A DNA stretch of 61,774 nucleotides from Minisyncoccota bacterium (GCA_018060545.1 JAGOVW010000004.1:1-61774), one strand, 5' to 3'; positions 29,415 through 40,092 are shown, numbered from the stretch's first letter. Translations and numbers: made by a program. Notes: generated by a model not told the origin, from the sequence alone.

Positions 29415-30674
29415 ATGACACTCGCTACCACGCGCCTTGTAGTACTCGCGCTTGCATTCACTCTCGGCGTGTGCCCGTCCATGTCTGCTGCGGCGATTTC
29501 TACCAACTTGAAATACGGTTCGCGCGGAGCTCAAGTCACCGAGCTCCAGGATTTTCTCATAGCGAAAGGCCTCCTCGTGCCACCTGCAACGGGTGGCTTT
29601 TTTGGACTCACTCGAACAGCAGTAATTGCGTACCAAACATCGATTGGTCTCCCCGCAACGGGGTTTGTAGGCCCTCTTACTCGCACCGCCATATCTCTTG
29701 AACAAGGATTGATGGCCACAACAAATGCACAGGCAGCCACAGCGACCCTTTCAGAACCCAAGACATCCATTAACGGACCAACCGAACTGACTTTTAACCC
29801 CGCCTGGAAGGATGCCGTAGTTAACCTATTCTGCGCGAGTCGCTACGGTGGCGCCGACGATATTACGAGTGGCAGTGGGGTGATCATTGACCCACGTGGT
29901 GTGATTCTTACGAACGCGCACGTTGCATCCTCGTTTCTTTTTGCCGACTGGCCACAGCCAAGTCTCTACCAATGCTCAGTGCGTATTGGTTCACCTGCCG
30001 CGGCAACATACAAGGCGTCACTTCTGTATATTCCTGACCCATGGATGAAGGACACGCTCGCCTCCCTTTATGCAACCGACGATAACACGGTATATGGCCA
30101 GCACGACTATGCATTGCTGGTCATTACAGGACGCACCGATGAAAGCTCGCCTCTCCCCGCAACATTTCCGTACATGCCACCCGCCATATCAACCGAACCG
30201 ACTGCTCGCGCCCCGGTGTATCTAATTGGATACGCAGCGAGTTTTCTGGGTGGGGTAATTGCTCAAAAAAATCTGTACCAGCTCGCTTCCCCTGCCGTGG
30301 TGCATCAAGTGAAATCAATTGGGACGAGTACCCTCCGCGACACACTTTCCTTCGTTGGAAATATTGCCGGACAACACGGTTCATCAGGAGGTGCAGTGGT
30401 TGCCGATGGCGGTACGCTCGCGGGCCTCATTACGTTCTTCGACAGTGACTACGGGTACGCGACGAGCGAGCGCGTGGTAAATGCGATAACTACCAGCTAT
30501 GTGAGCCGCGATCTAGAGGCACTTACAGGGAGTGCTCTGCCACAATTCCTCAGCAAAGTAGACATGATTTCCGCAGCGAAAGATTTTATGGCAACAAAAG
30601 GCGCGGAGTACCATCGCGCATACGCACAACTATGGCAAGAGAAGCAAGGCATCACGCCACCCGGCGTGTACTAG
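29415..30674 (+). CDS. Secreted trypsin-like serine protease with peptidoglycan-binding domain
   Basis: Signal peptide; LKYGSRGAQVTELQDFL...GFVGPLTR; GSGVII, LTNAHV, HDYALL, GSSGGAV (His-Asp-Ser triad). Confidence 0.8.
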   Translation: MTLATTRLVVLALAFTLGVCPSMSAAAISTNLKYGSRGAQVTELQDFLIAKGLLVPPATGGFFGLTRTAVIAYQTSIGLPATGFVGPLTRTAISLEQGLMATTNAQAATATLSEPKTSINGPTELTFNPAWKDAVVNLFCASRYGGADDITSGSGVIIDPRGVILTNAHVASSFLFADWPQPSLYQCSVRIGSPAAATYKASLLYIPDPWMKDTLASLYATDDNTVYGQHDYALLVITGRTDESSPLPATFPYMPPAISTEPTARAPVYLIGYAASFLGGVIAQKNLYQLASPAVVHQVKSIGTSTLRDTLSFVGNIAGQHGSSGGAVVADGGTLAGLITFFDSDYGYATSERVVNAITTSYVSRDLEALTGSALPQFLSKVDMISAAKDFMATKGAEYHRAYAQLWQEKQGITPPGVY

Positions 30675-30716
30675 CGTACTGATCTTTTCCGAACCTCTCC
30701 TTGCCAGCCCACTGCC

Positions 30717-32375
30717 CTATTTTCCTTTTTCCACCAAGAAATCACCGATGGCGAGCACATCAAACCCCGTTGCGAAGAAACAACGAACTGCATCTTTAGG
30801 CGACTGCACGATGGGCTCTCCCACGTCGTTAAACGATGTGTTCATGACCACTGGGTATCCTGTCAGTTTTTCAAGCTCTTTTAGGAAGGTGTAGTATCGT
30901 GCATTTTGCTTTTTGGTGACCGTCTGGATCCGCGCCGATCCATCAGTGTGAGTGATGGCGGGGAGTTTGCTGCGATACTCTTCGCGAACATAGTGTGTCT
31001 GCAACATGAACGGGCTCGTGTCCATTTTCTCAAGACCGAGGAAGTACTTTGGCGCATCCTCTTTGGTGACCGAAGGCGCAAACGGGCGCCACACTTCGCG
31101 GTGCTTTACATCCACATTCACTTTGTCGTTCATACCCTTGATGCCCGGGTTTGCAAGAATCGAGCGGTTACCAAGTGCCCGCGGCCCAATTTCCGAGCGA
31201 CCCTGGAACCATCCCACTATTTTCCCGTCCGCCACATGCTTCGCTGTTTCTTTTTCTATGGCATCCGACTTGCGGTACGGTACCTTTGCTTCCTTCAGAA
31301 TCTTTTCAATCTCGTCGTTCGTGTAGCCAGGACCCCAATACGCATGGTCGTAGTCCGCAATGAAATCACCATCACCCAGCAGGTGCATCGCTTCAAGGGC
31401 CGCACCAAGTGCGATGCCACCATCGTGAGATGCAGGCTGAATAAAAATATCGTCACAGAAATCCTGTTCGGCCAAACGTGAATTGGCATTACAGTTGAGT
31501 GCACATCCGCCCGCTAGTGCGAATTTCTTGAGCCCCGTCATGCTGTACGCGTCGCGACCCAGATTCACCACAGAATCCTCGAGTGCTTTTTGCAGGCTCG
31601 CTGCAAAATCTTTGTGATCTTGAGTCAACTCACCTTTTGGATCCTTTCGTCCGAAAGACTCGTACTGTTTGAGTGCGCTACGATCTATCGTCCAGTCTTT
31701 CCAACTGCGAATATTAAGAACCTTAGAGAAATCCAAACGTGGCTCTCCATATGAAGCCAAGCCCATAGTTTTGCCTTCAGCACTGTCACCCAAGGTGAGC
31801 ATGGCAGTGACGCGACTATATACGGCTCCAATCGAGCGACGCTTTGTTTTGTCGAACCTACGTGCAATAGGAATCCATGCGCGGCAGATCAATTTCCCAT
31901 CCCGCCCTTCAAACAATGAAGCGGTCTCTGTCTCCCCTGCGTTATCGATGACGATAGTATTTGCATCGCCAAAATTCGCGCAGCGATATGCCGTTGCCGC
32001 ATGTGCACGGTGGTGATCAATGTACACAAGCTTCGCGCCTGATTTCTTCAAGAGGTCCCTCACGCCATGGCGATAGAGGTAGAACGCAAGGAGGTAGTTG
32101 AACATTGACCACGCAGAAAGAAAGAAGAAGAAGCGCTGCAAGATCGCATAGGGGTTGTAGCCAATAGCGATCACATCAATATCTTCTTCCTGAATCCCCG
32201 TTTCTTTGAGGCAGTATTGTATTGCCTGTCGCGGGTAGCCTTTTGAATGGCGCTGGCGATTCAAGCGCTCTTCCTCAACAGTCGCTATTAATTTTCCGTC
32301 TTTAATCAGTGCCGCTGCGGCGTCGTGCTGCCCGGTCAGGAGCCCGGCGACCTGGTTGATGCCAAGGATATTCAT
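30717..32375 (-). CDS. O-carbamoyltransferase (NodU/CmcH family)
   Basis: HDAAAAL, EEERL.R..H, HHRAHA, GKTMGLASYG, AGGCALN, EIGPRALGNRSI, VKHRE.WRPFAP, NTSFN. Confidence 0.93.
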   Translation of the reverse strand: MNILGINQVAGLLTGQHDAAAALIKDGKLIATVEEERLNRQRHSKGYPRQAIQYCLKETGIQEEDIDVIAIGYNPYAILQRFFFFLSAWSMFNYLLAFYLYRHGVRDLLKKSGAKLVYIDHHRAHAATAYRCANFGDANTIVIDNAGETETASLFEGRDGKLICRAWIPIARRFDKTKRRSIGAVYSRVTAMLTLGDSAEGKTMGLASYGEPRLDFSKVLNIRSWKDWTIDRSALKQYESFGRKDPKGELTQDHKDFAASLQKALEDSVVNLGRDAYSMTGLKKFALAGGCALNCNANSRLAEQDFCDDIFIQPASHDGGIALGAALEAMHLLGDGDFIADYDHAYWGPGYTNDEIEKILKEAKVPYRKSDAIEKETAKHVADGKIVGWFQGRSEIGPRALGNRSILANPGIKGMNDKVNVDVKHREVWRPFAPSVTKEDAPKYFLGLEKMDTSPFMLQTHYVREEYRSKLPAITHTDGSARIQTVTKKQNARYYTFLKELEKLTGYPVVMNTSFNDVGEPIVQSPKDAVRCFFATGFDVLAIGDFLVEKGK

Positions 32376-32401
32376 ATAGTCATTCTACCCCGCAGATGCC
32401 G

Positions 32402-33772
32402 CTATGCAACCAAGCCTTTGAGCCGTTTTTTGACCATATCGAGGATCTTCTCTATGAACACCACGTCGATATGCTCGGGCATAAATAAACTCGTGATTGG
32501 GATGGCTTGCTGGTCGCGTGCCCGTATAGCGCGTAGGCGAAAATACACGACTATGTCGGCATTCAATACCTGCCATGCCAAGAAACCTACAAGGCCACCT
32601 ACATACAGAAATACAGGAAGTACCGCGAGCATGGCCAATTTTGGCACCGTCGATACAAAAAAGAGCGACTGTTGTAGGCCAAGGGCAAAGAAGTACTCCC
32701 CCGCAATAACACCCAAACCCCGCAGCGGGAGCGTAAGTATGAGAATGGCAACGTACGGCAACGCCGGTGCATATAGTGGGAACAGAATCGGTGTGACGGT
32801 GGCAAACAGCGCCACCAAGAGAACACCGCCGACCATGTAGATCCACACACTGTAACGCATGGCGCGCAAGAGCCATGCATGCATCAGCTGCATGTCTCCC
32901 GTAGTGCGTGGCAAGACTGAGCGCAGCACGTATTGAATTGGTATGGAGGTTGCCACCTGCCCCACTGCGAGGAGTGCAATACTAATGAGACCGAGCACTT
33001 CGACGCCAAGAAAATACCCAGCAATCCACGGCCAGAAAGAACCTGTAGCAGCATTGGCACCATCAGTGAGTAGCGCCCAGCGCCCACGTACCCATAGGTC
33101 GCTGAAAAATGTCTTCCATGTTCCTGGTTGCCAATCGATGGCTGCCTTCCTCAGAATCAGCCCGACGTACGGCGCATACGCAAGTACTGGCACGAACGAA
33201 GCCGCGACGAAAGCGTAGGCAATACCATCAACACCTCTACCCAAGATGCTGACAAAGAGCACAATGCCGAGCAGGTACCCTACACGCTCAAGTACTTTTG
33301 ACACCTGCGAGTGCACCAGGTGCAGCTGCGACTGAAACACGAGTTGGTATATTTGGCGACAGGCATAGGATACGAGCGTCAGCGAGAGGAGTTGAATGAG
33401 AAATACCAAGTTGATACCCGTGTAGGCCCCTACCACGGACGCCAAAAAATACATGGCCAGTGCACCGAGTACGCCAAGGAAAACAAAGAGAGCGGCGGCA
33501 TGGAGTAGCATGTTGTTCGCATATGCGTCGTTCTTTTTCCCATACTCACGTGAAAGATCGGCCACGAGCATACCAGCAATACTAGGCACCGACACCACAC
33601 CGAACGCAACCGAAATACTCAGAAGAAGCTGCCACAAACCGTACTGGTAGGGCGATACATGCGCAAGAATAATAGCCGTACTGATGAAACCAGAAGTCTT
33701 CAAAAGAATATCGCCAATGGTGCCTGCCAGAAAGCCGCGCGCAGCATGAGTTTTAAGAGATAGGCGATTCAT
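32402..33772 (-). CDS. Wzx-like oligosaccharide flippase
   Basis: About 12 TM segments, SPYQYGLWQLL motif, glycan-cluster context. Confidence 0.75.
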   Translation of the reverse strand: MNRLSLKTHAARGFLAGTIGDILLKTSGFISTAIILAHVSPYQYGLWQLLLSISVAFGVVSVPSIAGMLVADLSREYGKKNDAYANNMLLHAAALFVFLGVLGALAMYFLASVVGAYTGINLVFLIQLLSLTLVSYACRQIYQLVFQSQLHLVHSQVSKVLERVGYLLGIVLFVSILGRGVDGIAYAFVAASFVPVLAYAPYVGLILRKAAIDWQPGTWKTFFSDLWVRGRWALLTDGANAATGSFWPWIAGYFLGVEVLGLISIALLAVGQVATSIPIQYVLRSVLPRTTGDMQLMHAWLLRAMRYSVWIYMVGGVLLVALFATVTPILFPLYAPALPYVAILILTLPLRGLGVIAGEYFFALGLQQSLFFVSTVPKLAMLAVLPVFLYVGGLVGFLAWQVLNADIVVYFRLRAIRARDQQAIPITSLFMPEHIDVVFIEKILDMVKKRLKGLVA

Positions 33773-33785
33773 AGTGGCTATCAAA

Positions 33786-34919
33786 TCACGCACGCGCCCA
33801 CTCCACAATCTGCCCCACGCGGTAATCCCACGAGTTACTGCGCACTCTTGCATACGCTGCCTCGGCACGCGCATACACTTTTGGCGCATTCACGGGGCTC
33901 GTCACTTCTGCCACGGCCGCCACAAATTCAGACACCGAGCCTGCGCGCACGAACCGCGCCTCATCATCAGTGAGTACTGCACGATTGGTGGGCACATCAG
34001 ACACGATAATCGGGCGTTTGCTTGCCATATATTCATACAGCTTCATCGGCGATGTTTCCTTTTCGAAAAAGACGGTTCCGCCAGGAGGCACGAAGATGAG
34101 CACATCACACGCGAGCACGTATCGTGGAACGGCATCTGGTTGCACGTGCGGCACAAAAAACACACGATCAGCCACACCATGCGACACCGCAAGAGCTGAA
34201 AACGTTTCCACCTCTTGTTTGGCTGCACCCACCAAAAGCGCGACCGTCTTCTTCGGCAACTGCACCAAACCCTCGAGCATGAGCGCAATCCCTTTATCTT
34301 CCCCCAGTGGCGATAGTCTTCCGATGTAGCCAAGGACCGTATCAGACGTGCCAATTCCTAATTCCTTCCGAAGCGACACACGATCATCCGCACTTTTGTG
34401 GTCGTACGCACGCACGGCTACCGCATTAGGAAGGTGGTGCACAGGCACGGCCGTAAGAGATGCGCGCACATCAGCACAAATACCCTCACTCACCCCGAGC
34501 ACACAAGTAGCATGCCTATTCAGAATCGCTTTTTTGCGCTCAGAGAGCAGTGAATGACTCTCGAAGATGATACGAAATCCAAACAAGCGATGAGCGATCA
34601 TCGCCACAAAAAGAAGTGCAGGGTCATTCAAGAAAATAACACCACGCCTCAGACGGCGATGTTGCATCATATATATGCCGAATGCCAATGGAAGCAGTGC
34701 GCGGCGCAGCCGTGCCTTCTTTACCCATCTCCCCCACGAACCAAAGAGGCAAGTGTGTGGAATACCAGCGAGCGTATCGTCGGTCACCGTATTCACGAGA
34801 AAATTAAATTCCAGATCCTCGCGCGCGCTAAAGGCGCGCGCCATATGGAGCCCATGCACCGCATGCGCATACCGCGTCGGATAATCGAACATCGTCAGAA
34901 AAATAAAAGGAGTCCTCAT
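33786..34919 (-). CDS. GT4 glycosyltransferase
   Basis: TSPMKLYEYMASKRPIIVSD. Confidence 0.88.
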   Translation of the reverse strand: MRTPFIFLTMFDYPTRYAHAVHGLHMARAFSAREDLEFNFLVNTVTDDTLAGIPHTCLFGSWGRWVKKARLRRALLPLAFGIYMMQHRRLRRGVIFLNDPALLFVAMIAHRLFGFRIIFESHSLLSERKKAILNRHATCVLGVSEGICADVRASLTAVPVHHLPNAVAVRAYDHKSADDRVSLRKELGIGTSDTVLGYIGRLSPLGEDKGIALMLEGLVQLPKKTVALLVGAAKQEVETFSALAVSHGVADRVFFVPHVQPDAVPRYVLACDVLIFVPPGGTVFFEKETSPMKLYEYMASKRPIIVSDVPTNRAVLTDDEARFVRAGSVSEFVAAVAEVTSPVNAPKVYARAEAAYARVRSNSWDYRVGQIVEWARA

Positions 34920-35902
34920 AGGGCCATTTCTTGGACTAACTGCTTCCCTAATGTATCCAGCGAATTCACCTGGGCGGCCGACACATGTTCTTCGTGCGCC
35001 GCAGCAAACGACGTTTCAATCGCGCGAGCACATGCCTCTGGCGTAGGTTCCGTGTAAATAAATGGTGACTCAGCATTTGCTGAAATCACGGTGCAACCGC
35101 TTGCCGCCGCTTCGAACATGGTTTTATCGTACATACCGGGTTCGGAAAGATTCACGAACACATCGTGTGCAGCAAACACGCGCGCAGCTTCTGCGTGGGT
35201 GACAGCACCGCCTAGATCCACCTGCGATAGCTGCAGTTCTTTAATTCGTTTCTCCAAGGTCTCGTAGTATCCCGCATCACCCACGGGCCCATAGATTGAG
35301 GCGGTGAATAGCTTTCCCTCTTTCGCCAAAAGCCCCAACGCTTCCACAAAAACATCCACACGTTTGGATGGCGCTATACGCCCCAGCATCAGGATGGATC
35401 GCGGTACGCGAGCTTCTGATTGAGAAGTGCTAAAACGGGCCAGATCTACCCCCACCGGCATACGCACAGCATGGGGAAATTGTGCAGTAAAAGACGATTG
35501 CGAGGTGTAGAACACTTTCGTGCACACAGAGCTGGCGAGGCGCGTGAGCCAAGACCCGGCATAGTGATTGCGCCAGAGGTACAGCGGTGTCCGCCCCAAC
35601 TTCCACAGCGGCGCACCCATCAAGACATACTCTTGGTTCATGTGCACAAATACGGCATCGTAGGTGCCGCGCAGTTGCCATAGGTACGCATAAAAACGCC
35701 ACCCGTAGACCATGCGTGATACACCGCGCTCTTTCCCCAAAGAGAGCACCTGCACGTTCGAAGGAAGTGAGTGCTGCCCCGTTTTCAAACACACGACAGT
35801 GATGTGCTCGACTCGTGCAGCCAATACCTCAATCCATCGGTGAAAAAAACCGAGGATTGGATCCGTACTGTCTACGATTTGTGTGTACACAAGAAGGCGC
35901 AT
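34916..35902 (-). CDS. GT4 glycosyltransferase
   Basis: GRIAPSKRVD, YDKTMFEAAASG. Confidence 0.85.
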   Translation of the reverse strand: MRLLVYTQIVDSTDPILGFFHRWIEVLAARVEHITVVCLKTGQHSLPSNVQVLSLGKERGVSRMVYGWRFYAYLWQLRGTYDAVFVHMNQEYVLMGAPLWKLGRTPLYLWRNHYAGSWLTRLASSVCTKVFYTSQSSFTAQFPHAVRMPVGVDLARFSTSQSEARVPRSILMLGRIAPSKRVDVFVEALGLLAKEGKLFTASIYGPVGDAGYYETLEKRIKELQLSQVDLGGAVTHAEAARVFAAHDVFVNLSEPGMYDKTMFEAAASGCTVISANAESPFIYTEPTPEACARAIETSFAAAHEEHVSAAQVNSLDTLGKQLVQEMAL

Positions 35903-35911
35903 AGAGATACA

Positions 35912-36817
35912 TTATGCAGCCTTGCCGCGCTTTTTCTGTCTCTCCACAATGCGTCGCTTCTTTGGGCGCATCGTTTTGCCATACACCCCGTGCACCAAAT
36001 CAATATCTTTTCCACTCCCTACCAAAAGCTGCACATTCTGGATCTCTATGGCCTCAAGAAAACGCACTCCTGCCTCATCACCCGTGCGCGCATAGCGATC
36101 AACAAACGCGGCAAAATCTTTAATGAAGCAGTGCCCTCCCGCACCGCGCTTAGCGCCGCCGCCGTGTCCACTCTCGTGCACCGGTTCTAGGTGCGATGCC
36201 CCAATGCGCGGATCAGCACGCATGGCGTCTGCCAATTCATGCCACACCACCCCTTCTTCCTGTGCCAGGTTGTAAAGCGCGTTCATAAACACCACTTTCG
36301 TCATCAGAAAACAATTCCCCGCATATTTAGTTAATTCAGCTGCGCGTGCGGGCATGATTTTTTGATACGGTGCGCGTGGCAAGAGCGCCAGCACGCGCTC
36401 GGCTGCTTGCTTGAAGCGTCGTGAGTTTTCAGGAATGCCAATGATGTTTCTTTCGGGATGACGTGCATCGTACGCGGCATGCTTTTCACGCAAAAATTCT
36501 GGCGAGTGCAGCACCAGCAGATGTGGAAAATCTTTCTGCAGGGCCTCGGTCGTACCCATCGTGACGGTTGATTTTATTACTGCAATTGCCCCGTCCTTCA
36601 ATAAACCAAGAGCGCTACGCAAAATCGAATCGTCAAAACCTTTGGGGGTCGTCGGTGTAGGGACCGCGATAAATACCACATTGCACACACCAATCGCTTC
36701 TTTGTTCCCCGCATATTCCTTTTCGAGCCCATAGCGCACAATGGAAAGGCCGCGCTCCTCAAAGTCATCAGCGTAGTTTTTGCCAATGAACCCTTGCCCA
36801 ATAAAGCCAATACTCAT
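35912..36817 (-). CDS. UDP-glucose/GDP-mannose dehydrogenase family protein, short form without C-terminal domain
   Basis: GFIGQGFIG, FIAVPTP, IKST, SPEFLRE, AELTKY, GGHCFIKD (catalytic Cys); only 301 aa. Confidence 0.85.
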   Translation of the reverse strand: MSIGFIGQGFIGKNYADDFEERGLSIVRYGLEKEYAGNKEAIGVCNVVFIAVPTPTTPKGFDDSILRSALGLLKDGAIAVIKSTVTMGTTEALQKDFPHLLVLHSPEFLREKHAAYDARHPERNIIGIPENSRRFKQAAERVLALLPRAPYQKIMPARAAELTKYAGNCFLMTKVVFMNALYNLAQEEGVVWHELADAMRADPRIGASHLEPVHESGHGGGAKRGAGGHCFIKDFAAFVDRYARTGDEAGVRFLEAIEIQNVQLLVGSGKDIDLVHGVYGKTMRPKKRRIVERQKKRGKAA

Positions 36818-36842
36818 GTGTCCATCCTAGCGATAAAGTCGT

Positions 36843-36870
36843 GCCCCCGCCAGCAATAGCTGGCGGGGGC
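36843..36870. terminator. GC-rich hairpin, terminator-like
   Basis: gcccccgccagc-aata-gctggcgggggc, just after the 36885 ORF. Confidence 0.6.
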
Positions 36871-36884
36871 AGAATTGGGCCCCA

Positions 36885-37163
36885 TCAGGCGGCCTTGCGG
36901 GACGCGTGTTGGGAAGGCCAGCCAAAGGCTTGGCAGACAACGTAGCGGGCCGACGTGGGGCCGCTATCGCCTTCATTCAGAACCTTCTTGCTCTCCTCGA
37001 GTAGGCGCCGCAGAGCGGCGAGCGCATCATCCTCGGTCGGGGCTGGATTGCCGTGCTGTCGAAGGACCACTTTTGCTTCTTCCAAAACCGCAGCCATACC
37101 ACGAATACTCATCGGAAACTCCTCATTCTTTGGGGCACTGTTGCCGAAAACACTGTGCATCAA
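36885..37163 (-). CDS. Hypothetical small helical protein
   Basis: Fills the gap between two genes, amphipathic helical composition, followed by a hairpin. Start uncertain. Confidence 0.5.
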   Translation of the reverse strand: MMHSVFGNSAPKNEEFPMSIRGMAAVLEEAKVVLRQHGNPAPTEDDALAALRRLLEESKKVLNEGDSGPTSARYVVCQAFGWPSQHASRKAA

Positions 37164-37196
37164 AAAAGCTCATTATGCAAGAGGCGGAAGTGCAAT

Positions 37197-37892
37197 CTAC
37201 TCCACCAAACTCTCCTGCCCTGCAATCTCAAGTAGTGGCTTATACAGTGGATCGTGAACCCACTCTTTCAACTTTTTTTCGTGGTAGTGGAACTGTGGAT
37301 TGTTGCGGGCCACTACATACAGATGAGGAATGTATGCGCCGTAGATATGATCGAGCATAGGTGAGGATGACACAAACGGGCGCACAGCGTCCACCGTCCA
37401 TCCCGCACGTTCAACCGTGAGTCGCAAGCTGTCTCGGGTGAAGAAATTGACGTGTGCATGGGCGAGTGCGCCGCGGAATTTATTCAGACGCATGAGTGAC
37501 GCCACACGTGGTATCACGGGGACGCCCAACACCAACACTGCATCGTCTGCAGCAACGGTTTTCAGGTGCATGAGAAATGAGTGTGGTGAGAGCAGGTGTT
37601 CGAAAAGATTATTTGCCCAGATAGCATCAAACTGCCCCGTGAGTGGGATGTCTTCGATGCGCTCGACATTTCCTTCGATAATCGAAAGTCCTCGTGTTGC
37701 GCCGTACGCCACTTCGTGCGGCGTCGTGGTAACGCCCACACTACCCTTTCCAAATTTCACTAAGTATTCGCCGTAGCCACACCCCAAATCGAGTACTCGC
37801 TTCGTGCGCAAATCGAGATCGTCTAAGATGCGATTGAACACGCGTGACGTTTCAACGGGCTTAAAACGCTGGTCTGCTTCGCTAAAATCCAT
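37197..37892 (-). CDS. Class I SAM methyltransferase
   Basis: VLDLGCGYG, FDAIWANNLFEHL. Start set at MDFSEAD. Confidence 0.88.
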   Translation of the reverse strand: MDFSEADQRFKPVETSRVFNRILDDLDLRTKRVLDLGCGYGEYLVKFGKGSVGVTTTPHEVAYGATRGLSIIEGNVERIEDIPLTGQFDAIWANNLFEHLLSPHSFLMHLKTVAADDAVLVLGVPVIPRVASLMRLNKFRGALAHAHVNFFTRDSLRLTVERAGWTVDAVRPFVSSSPMLDHIYGAYIPHLYVVARNNPQFHYHEKKLKEWVHDPLYKPLLEIAGQESLVE

Positions 37893-37915
37893 GTGGGTAG
37901 AGTCTAGCAGATTTC

Positions 37916-38959
37916 TTACATGCTGCGAGGTTGGGCGGTTGCATGAACGTCGGCGACCCACGCATCCACATACTCTTTTTGATTGGCATATGGGTAGCTG
38001 TGCAATTCCCCACGGCGCGGCCCACTGCTCGCCCAAGAAAGCACGGTAGCGGCAAAGTCTTCGTGCGGGGCAATGATGGCTCCCATCTCCTTCGCTATAC
38101 CCACGTCAGTCGAAATAACGGGCACCCCCGAAGCGAGCGCCTCGATAATGACCAAGCCATAGCCTTCATAGGCCGAGGGCACCAAGAGCACCTCCGCACG
38201 CGCCAAATACGGAACCACATCGCTGGTTTGCCCCACCATTTCCACAAACCCATCCACCTTGTGTTTCCGTGCTTCCGCCACCAAATGGGCATGCTGTCGG
38301 CCCGAACCCACTATGGTGAGCCCTGCATCGTGCCCGTGCGCGCGCAACAGCGCCAGCGCCTGGATCCCCTCTTCGAAGCGTTTCTCTGCTTCAAGTCTGC
38401 CGAGCATCAAGAGGTTGATTTTAAAGCGAGGATGCTTGGTACGTGCCAGATCTTTAAATCTACTGAGATCAACAAAAATAGGAAGTACTGTAACGGGTAC
38501 ACGCACACCTGTCGCCACCAGTTTTCCTTTGAGCTTCTGCGAAACCACGCGTATCCGTGCGGCCCGAGCCAACACATACCGTGCCACTTTTTGTCGCCAA
38601 AAATTTCCACGGTGCACCTGCGCAAACTCGGCAGAAAACAGGTCAGTATGAATCTGGAGGTGCAGTGGTTTGCGCAACAGCAGTGCGATCACTAACGCAA
38701 ACAAACCTGCCTCAAATGGATCTTGCGAAGAAATAATGTCCGTCCGTTTTACTATGCGCCAAAACTCTCGTGAGAAGAGCACCTTCCACGTAAGCCCGAT
38801 GGCCTGTGCATTATGTGCAAACGTGCGTCGTCCTGCGGCACGTAAGCCTTTAGATCCCACCACTATCGTGTATGAGTCAAAATGTGAGGCGTATGCGATT
38901 TGGAGAGGCGTCTCGCCCGAAAGAATCTTTCTATCTGTAGAAAAAGCTACGAGGTGCAT
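37916..38959 (-). CDS. GT4 glycosyltransferase
   Basis: GRLEAEKRF, PSAYEGYGLVIIEALASGVPVISTDVG. Confidence 0.9.
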   Translation of the reverse strand: MHLVAFSTDRKILSGETPLQIAYASHFDSYTIVVGSKGLRAAGRRTFAHNAQAIGLTWKVLFSREFWRIVKRTDIISSQDPFEAGLFALVIALLLRKPLHLQIHTDLFSAEFAQVHRGNFWRQKVARYVLARAARIRVVSQKLKGKLVATGVRVPVTVLPIFVDLSRFKDLARTKHPRFKINLLMLGRLEAEKRFEEGIQALALLRAHGHDAGLTIVGSGRQHAHLVAEARKHKVDGFVEMVGQTSDVVPYLARAEVLLVPSAYEGYGLVIIEALASGVPVISTDVGIAKEMGAIIAPHEDFAATVLSWASSGPRRGELHSYPYANQKEYVDAWVADVHATAQPRSM

Positions 38960-40038
38960 ATGGTTCGAATGTATCGGGCGAGCTCGCGCGCGACGTGTTC
39001 CGTGGAAAATGACGCTGCTTTCTGTTTAGCCACAAGCACACGCTCTGCACTGTCTGCAGGGTGTTGAAGCATATGCTGCATGGCGCGCACAAGATCATCA
39101 GCATTTTCTCCGGGTAGCACGTACTGCACCGTATCCCCTGCTGCTTCACGATTTCCTGGTATGTCGGTGGCAATAATCGGAACACCGCTGTGCATGGCTT
39201 CCACGAGCGTATGCGAGAACCCTTCGTATGTGGAATTTAGTACAAACATATCTGCAGCGGCTACCCGCATGAGCGCCTCATCGTGTGGAAGCTGTCCAAA
39301 AAAATGCACGCGATCTTCGGTATCCCTATCAACACTGCGCTGTTCAAGCAGTGCGCGCTCGGGACCATCACCAATGATGTGCAGGTGGGATCCAGGAAGC
39401 TGAGCCACAGCGTCAATAACCTGATCCACCTTCTTCCACGCAACAAGCCTTCCCAATACCACCACCAAAGGATGCGAGGCAGCATCTATCTTGCAGGCGC
39501 CGTAATCCGCAAACGAAATGCCGTTGTAAATCAACTGCACACGCGTGGGCGACACTCCCCATTTTTCTACGATTCCTCTAAGGTATGCACTAGGGACGAG
39601 CACATGCGCGCGAAAAAGCACCACTTTCTGAAGCAGGCGCAAGAAAAAAAGGTACGGCCGCAGAGGCCACCGTGGAAATTCGTCGAGCGATTGCTGCACC
39701 CCGAAGCGAGCGACCCCTTGCTCCCAGACATGATCTCCTGGCACTCGTACGATGAATGGTTTGAGGAGTAGCGCCGCCGCAAGTCTTGCGGGCAGACCCA
39801 CGCTCATGGTGTCCTGTGCAAAGACGACATCTACTCCTATAGAGTGTTTTATGCACAGAAAGAAATACACGACGTGTCGCACCACATGAGGCAAATGGCG
39901 CACGGTGGAAAATGGGAGCACCGACACCGCGATGTTTTCCTCTGGGAGAAACTCTTCCATCATGCGTGTGTGCGTGGCTGGCCCACCGCTTTCCGGAGGA
40001 TACAGGCCCGTTGCCACACACACTCGCAAGCGTTGCAT
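38947..40038 (-). CDS. GT4 glycosyltransferase
   Basis: YPPESGGPATH, STYEGFSHTLVEAMHSGVPIIATD. Start set at MQRLRV. Confidence 0.9.
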   Translation of the reverse strand: MQRLRVCVATGLYPPESGGPATHTRMMEEFLPEENIAVSVLPFSTVRHLPHVVRHVVYFFLCIKHSIGVDVVFAQDTMSVGLPARLAAALLLKPFIVRVPGDHVWEQGVARFGVQQSLDEFPRWPLRPYLFFLRLLQKVVLFRAHVLVPSAYLRGIVEKWGVSPTRVQLIYNGISFADYGACKIDAASHPLVVVLGRLVAWKKVDQVIDAVAQLPGSHLHIIGDGPERALLEQRSVDRDTEDRVHFFGQLPHDEALMRVAAADMFVLNSTYEGFSHTLVEAMHSGVPIIATDIPGNREAAGDTVQYVLPGENADDLVRAMQHMLQHPADSAERVLVAKQKAASFSTEHVARELARYIRTICTS

Positions 40039-40092
40039 GAGTACACTGTAGCGCACTGAGGGTGGGCTGGGTAGGACGGCACGGGAAATGAG

